A stretch of 30,992 bases of DNA from Candidatus Aenigmatarchaeota archaeon (GTDB lineage: Archaea; Aenigmatarchaeota; Aenigmatarchaeia; PWEA01). The notes below the pieces were generated by a model, which made no database searches, had not been told where the DNA came from, and saw only the letters and a list, made by a program, of their open reading frames with translations. The position numbers and the translations under genes are program-made. Below, piece by piece: positions 28,924 to 30,992 of the stretch. Numbering within the stretch: position 1 is the first letter of the stretch; each line of letters begins with the position of its first letter. The stretch spans positions 1-30,992 of the forward strand of contig JBKHHH010000005.1 of the NCBI GenBank assembly GCA_046539285.1, given 5' to 3'.

Positions 28924-29820
28924 CTATTCCTCCCTGTACTTGATGCGGTTTGTCCGGCCGACCTTTTTCACTTCTATCAGACCCCTTTCCTTGAGGTCGC
29001 GGATCAGGCGCGAGACCTTGGCCTTGGAGAAATCGACCTGACTGACGATCCTTTTCTGTTTGATCTCGTTACCCGAAGCTTTGATAATTTCAAGTATCTT
29101 TCTTTCGTCCTCTTTCAGGGCCTGAGGCAGCTTGTCTTCGTCACCGCTGCTTGTCCTTAGAGCCAGGAAGAGTAGCAGTACGATCAGCAATGAACCCAGT
29201 CCTATCACGTAGAGGTTGCTGGTATCAGGTTCCTCTTCTCCCGCCTCTTCGAAGGAGACCGAGGGGCTAATACCTTCCCCTTCTGTAACGTCTTCCCTAG
29301 TCCAGTATACATATATTCGGCGACCGTCCGATCCCTTTTCACCGTTCCGTGGCGAGTAGCTGGAAAAGGGACTGGTTTCGTTTTCAGGTATCAGGACCAG
29401 GCCGCTGTCGAGGTTGCTGGTATAGACGAGGCGGTTGGTGTCCATAGGAACTTTGAGGTTGTCTTCGAAGGAGTAGTGTGCTTCCCTTCTCTTTGTCAGG
29501 CTGTTGGTTCTGAACTCAAATGTCAGTCTCCCCCTTTCGTTTTCCGGAAGATCGCAGTCGATCAGGGATCCGTAATCCCTTTCCTCTATGGTACAGCTTG
29601 AGTTTGCTACCGTCGATCTGAAGTTGAAATCTTGGCTTGGGAAGAGCAGTGGTATCTTTAATCTGTCGGGCATGGATGTGAATATCAGAGTGTCCTCGGC
29701 TTCCACCGTGGTCTTGTCTATAAATACCTCCCTCTTGTAGAAATCGAGCTCCGCGGCGGAAGCAAAGCTGGTCAAAAGGAGGCTACTGAGTAATGTTATC
29801 ACTAAGACCTTCTTGAACAT
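28924..29820 (-). CDS. bitopic protein: signal/anchor, about 215-aa extracytoplasmic domain, TM helix, cytoplasmic winged-helix DNA-binding domain
   Basis: From ATG 29820: MFKKVLVITLLSSLLLTSFASA, then a beta-rich domain, then LYVIGLGSLLIVLLLFLAL, then DERKILEIIKASGNEIKQKRIVSQVDFSKAKVSRLIRDLKERGLIEVKKVGRTNRIKY (MarR/TrmB-like wHTH). The stop lies 2 nt from the GT2 ATG. Confidence 0.6.
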   Translation of the reverse strand: MFKKVLVITLLSSLLLTSFASAAELDFYKREVFIDKTTVEAEDTLIFTSMPDRLKIPLLFPSQDFNFRSTVANSSCTIEERDYGSLIDCDLPENERGRLTFEFRTNSLTKRREAHYSFEDNLKVPMDTNRLVYTSNLDSGLVLIPENETSPFSSYSPRNGEKGSDGRRIYVYWTREDVTEGEGISPSVSFEEAGEEEPDTSNLYVIGLGSLLIVLLLFLALRTSSGDEDKLPQALKEDERKILEIIKASGNEIKQKRIVSQVDFSKAKVSRLIRDLKERGLIEVKKVGRTNRIKYREE

Positions 29821-29851
29821 GATTAGTCTTACTCCGGGAGAGATAAATATT

Positions 29852-30307
29852 TTAATCCGGTGACGTAACAATTCCGCCGGCTCCCTGGGATGCGTACTGA
29901 TGGACCAGGGCTGCGACTGTATTGGAGATGTCCTGTAGCTCGCCGACACCGAGCTTGACGTTCTTCGGTTCGAGAACTTCGACGGAAGAAGGACCGTACA
30001 AGAAGGAAAACTTGACTAGGTTCTTGACCGAATTGATCATGAACTCGATCTCTGCGATCTGAGAATAGGCCTCGGGGACTCTGTTCGATATGTTCTCGAC
30101 CTTTTCCGGTTCATCCATCTCCTCTTTGTAAATTTCTATGCCGTCCTGGTCTTCTATCTTCTCGATATGTTTCTTCAGAGCCCTTTCCGTTACCTCCCGG
30201 TTCACAGCCATTACTTCGACGAAGGCCCGGGCCCGGATCCAGCCGTCTGATATCTTTTTCCTGATCTCTTCCTCGTCCATTTTATCACATAGAATCTCAT
30301 CGGCCAT
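29852..30307 (-). CDS. hypothetical 151-aa acidic protein
   Basis: ATG ORF overlapping the upstream radical SAM gene by 11 nt. No family recognised. Confidence 0.45.
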   Translation of the reverse strand: MADEILCDKMDEEEIRKKISDGWIRARAFVEVMAVNREVTERALKKHIEKIEDQDGIEIYKEEMDEPEKVENISNRVPEAYSQIAEIEFMINSVKNLVKFSFLYGPSSVEVLEPKNVKLGVGELQDISNTVAALVHQYASQGAGGIVTSPD

Positions 30308-30992
30308 CTTTAAATAAGTTGTCCGGAATCCAGTTCCGCCCTTTGATGTGGACTTCCCGACCGCAGTGCGGGCATTTAAGGTTCCGGTCCAGCTTGAACT
30401 CGGTTATTTCGAATCCTTTCCGCTTGATCACGACCCTTCCGCAGCCCGGGCAGAAGGTCGACTCCTTTTCGTGGCCGGGCACGTTTCCCGCGTAGGCGTA
30501 GAACATGCCTTTCTTGTAGGCGACGTCCACGGCTCTCTCCAGCGTGTCAACGGGCGTCGGTGGTGTCCGTTTCATCTCCAGGTGCGGCTGGAAACGGGAG
30601 AAATGGATCGGAGTCTCACGACCGAGGTTTTCCCTGACCCAGTCGACGGTCTTCTCGATGTGATAGTTACTGTCGTTCTCGCCAGGTATGATCAGGTTGG
30701 TCACCTCGATCCAGACGTCGTGTTTCTTCAGCTCTTTCATCGCTTCGTATATCGGTTCCGGATCCTTTATCTGGCAGTGTTCCCTGTAGAAGTTTACGTC
30801 GCCCTTGATGTCCACGTTTATCGCGTCCAGATGCGGGCCGATCTTTTTTACCGTTTCCTTGGTCATGTAGCCGTTGGAGACGAAGACGTTGTAGAGTTCG
30901 GTTTCGGCCTCGGTCATCGTGTCCAGGGCGTATTCCAGGAAGACGGTCGGTTCCGTGTATGTATAGGCAATGCCCTGGCACTGGTAGCCCCT
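30297..30992 (-). CDS. radical SAM enzyme of the AmmeMemoRadiSam / PflA-like (COG1180) type, N-terminus outside the window
   Basis: The frame is open to the window edge (RGYQCQGIAYTYTEPTVFLEYALDT…). The C-terminal part has …FSRFQPHLEM…YAYAGNVPGHEKESTFCPGCGRVVIKR…CPHCG…, typical of this family. The CxxxCxxC cluster would lie upstream of the window. Confidence 0.65.
   Translation of the reverse strand, partial: RGYQCQGIAYTYTEPTVFLEYALDTMTEAETELYNVFVSNGYMTKETVKKIGPHLDAINVDIKGDVNFYREHCQIKDPEPIYEAMKELKKHDVWIEVTNLIIPGENDSNYHIEKTVDWVRENLGRETPIHFSRFQPHLEMKRTPPTPVDTLERAVDVAYKKGMFYAYAGNVPGHEKESTFCPGCGRVVIKRKGFEITEFKLDRNLKCPHCGREVHIKGRNWIPDNLFKDGR

Noticed and set aside
27830-29041. 403-aa plus-strand ORF opposite the processive GT2 gene
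   Set aside because: It is an antisense shadow ORF with V/L/G/H/Q-rich odd composition. The minus-strand frame carries complete GT2 motifs, including QxxRW.
29821-29949. 43-codon N-terminal extension of the wHTH membrane protein ORF
   Set aside because: It would overlap the upstream gene's 3' end by about 100 nt. The ATG at 29820 starts a typical signal/anchor sequence.

Overview
This is a gene-dense archaeal chromosomal window with about 47 protein genes, one tRNA-Arg and one SRP (7S-type) RNA. There is almost no intergenic space: many same-strand genes overlap by 1-14 nt, and several convergent genes share or abut stop codons. The archaeal call rests on Pth2, CarS, DacZ, Bud32, archaeal-type PyrH, SRP54 with a 7S-type RNA, and A/T-rich TATA boxes about 20-33 nt upstream of many start codons. 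The strongly acidic (D/E-rich) proteins and the compaction suggest a salt-in halophile with a small genome, possibly DPANN/Nanohaloarchaeota-like; this is inference only.

Layout from left to right:
- 0.3-2.9 kb: a run of protease-family membrane proteins ending at the SRP RNA.
- 3.1-4.9 kb: a PyrH/DacZ operon.
- 5.0-6.6 kb: Bud32 overlapping a Vms1-like release-factor homologue.
- 6.6-7.8 kb: a cation/proton antiporter.
- 8.3-12.0 kb: a minus-strand array of SRP54, a Vps29-like phosphoesterase, and an uncharacterised GTPase / small protein / Zn-ribbon module.
- 13.1-14.2 kb: tRNA-Arg, then rubrerythrin coupled to a stand-alone LigD-type 3'-phosphoesterase.
- 14.2-16.8 kb: a lipid head-group cluster (CarS, PHP phosphoesterase, membrane protein, CDP-alcohol phosphatidyltransferase).
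- 16.9-18.7 kb: two toxin-antitoxin modules (MNT/HepT and an AT-rich RelE-like pair) flanking Pth2, followed by TruD.
- 19.9-30.3 kb: a cell-envelope island. It holds a Cys-rich lipoprotein, a very acidic S-layer-type protein, two diverged membrane-anchored thioredoxin-fold paralogues bracketing a Dol-P-sugar synthase/GT-C pair, a processive GT2 synthase, and a transmembrane winged-helix protein.

The best candidates for undescribed biology are the envelope island (23.8-29.8 kb), the GTPase module (8.3-10.1 kb) and the CarS-PHP cluster. I saw no CRISPR array, transposase, integrase or rRNA.

All family assignments come from motifs read by eye in the supplied translations and sequence. No searches, alignments or folding programs were run.
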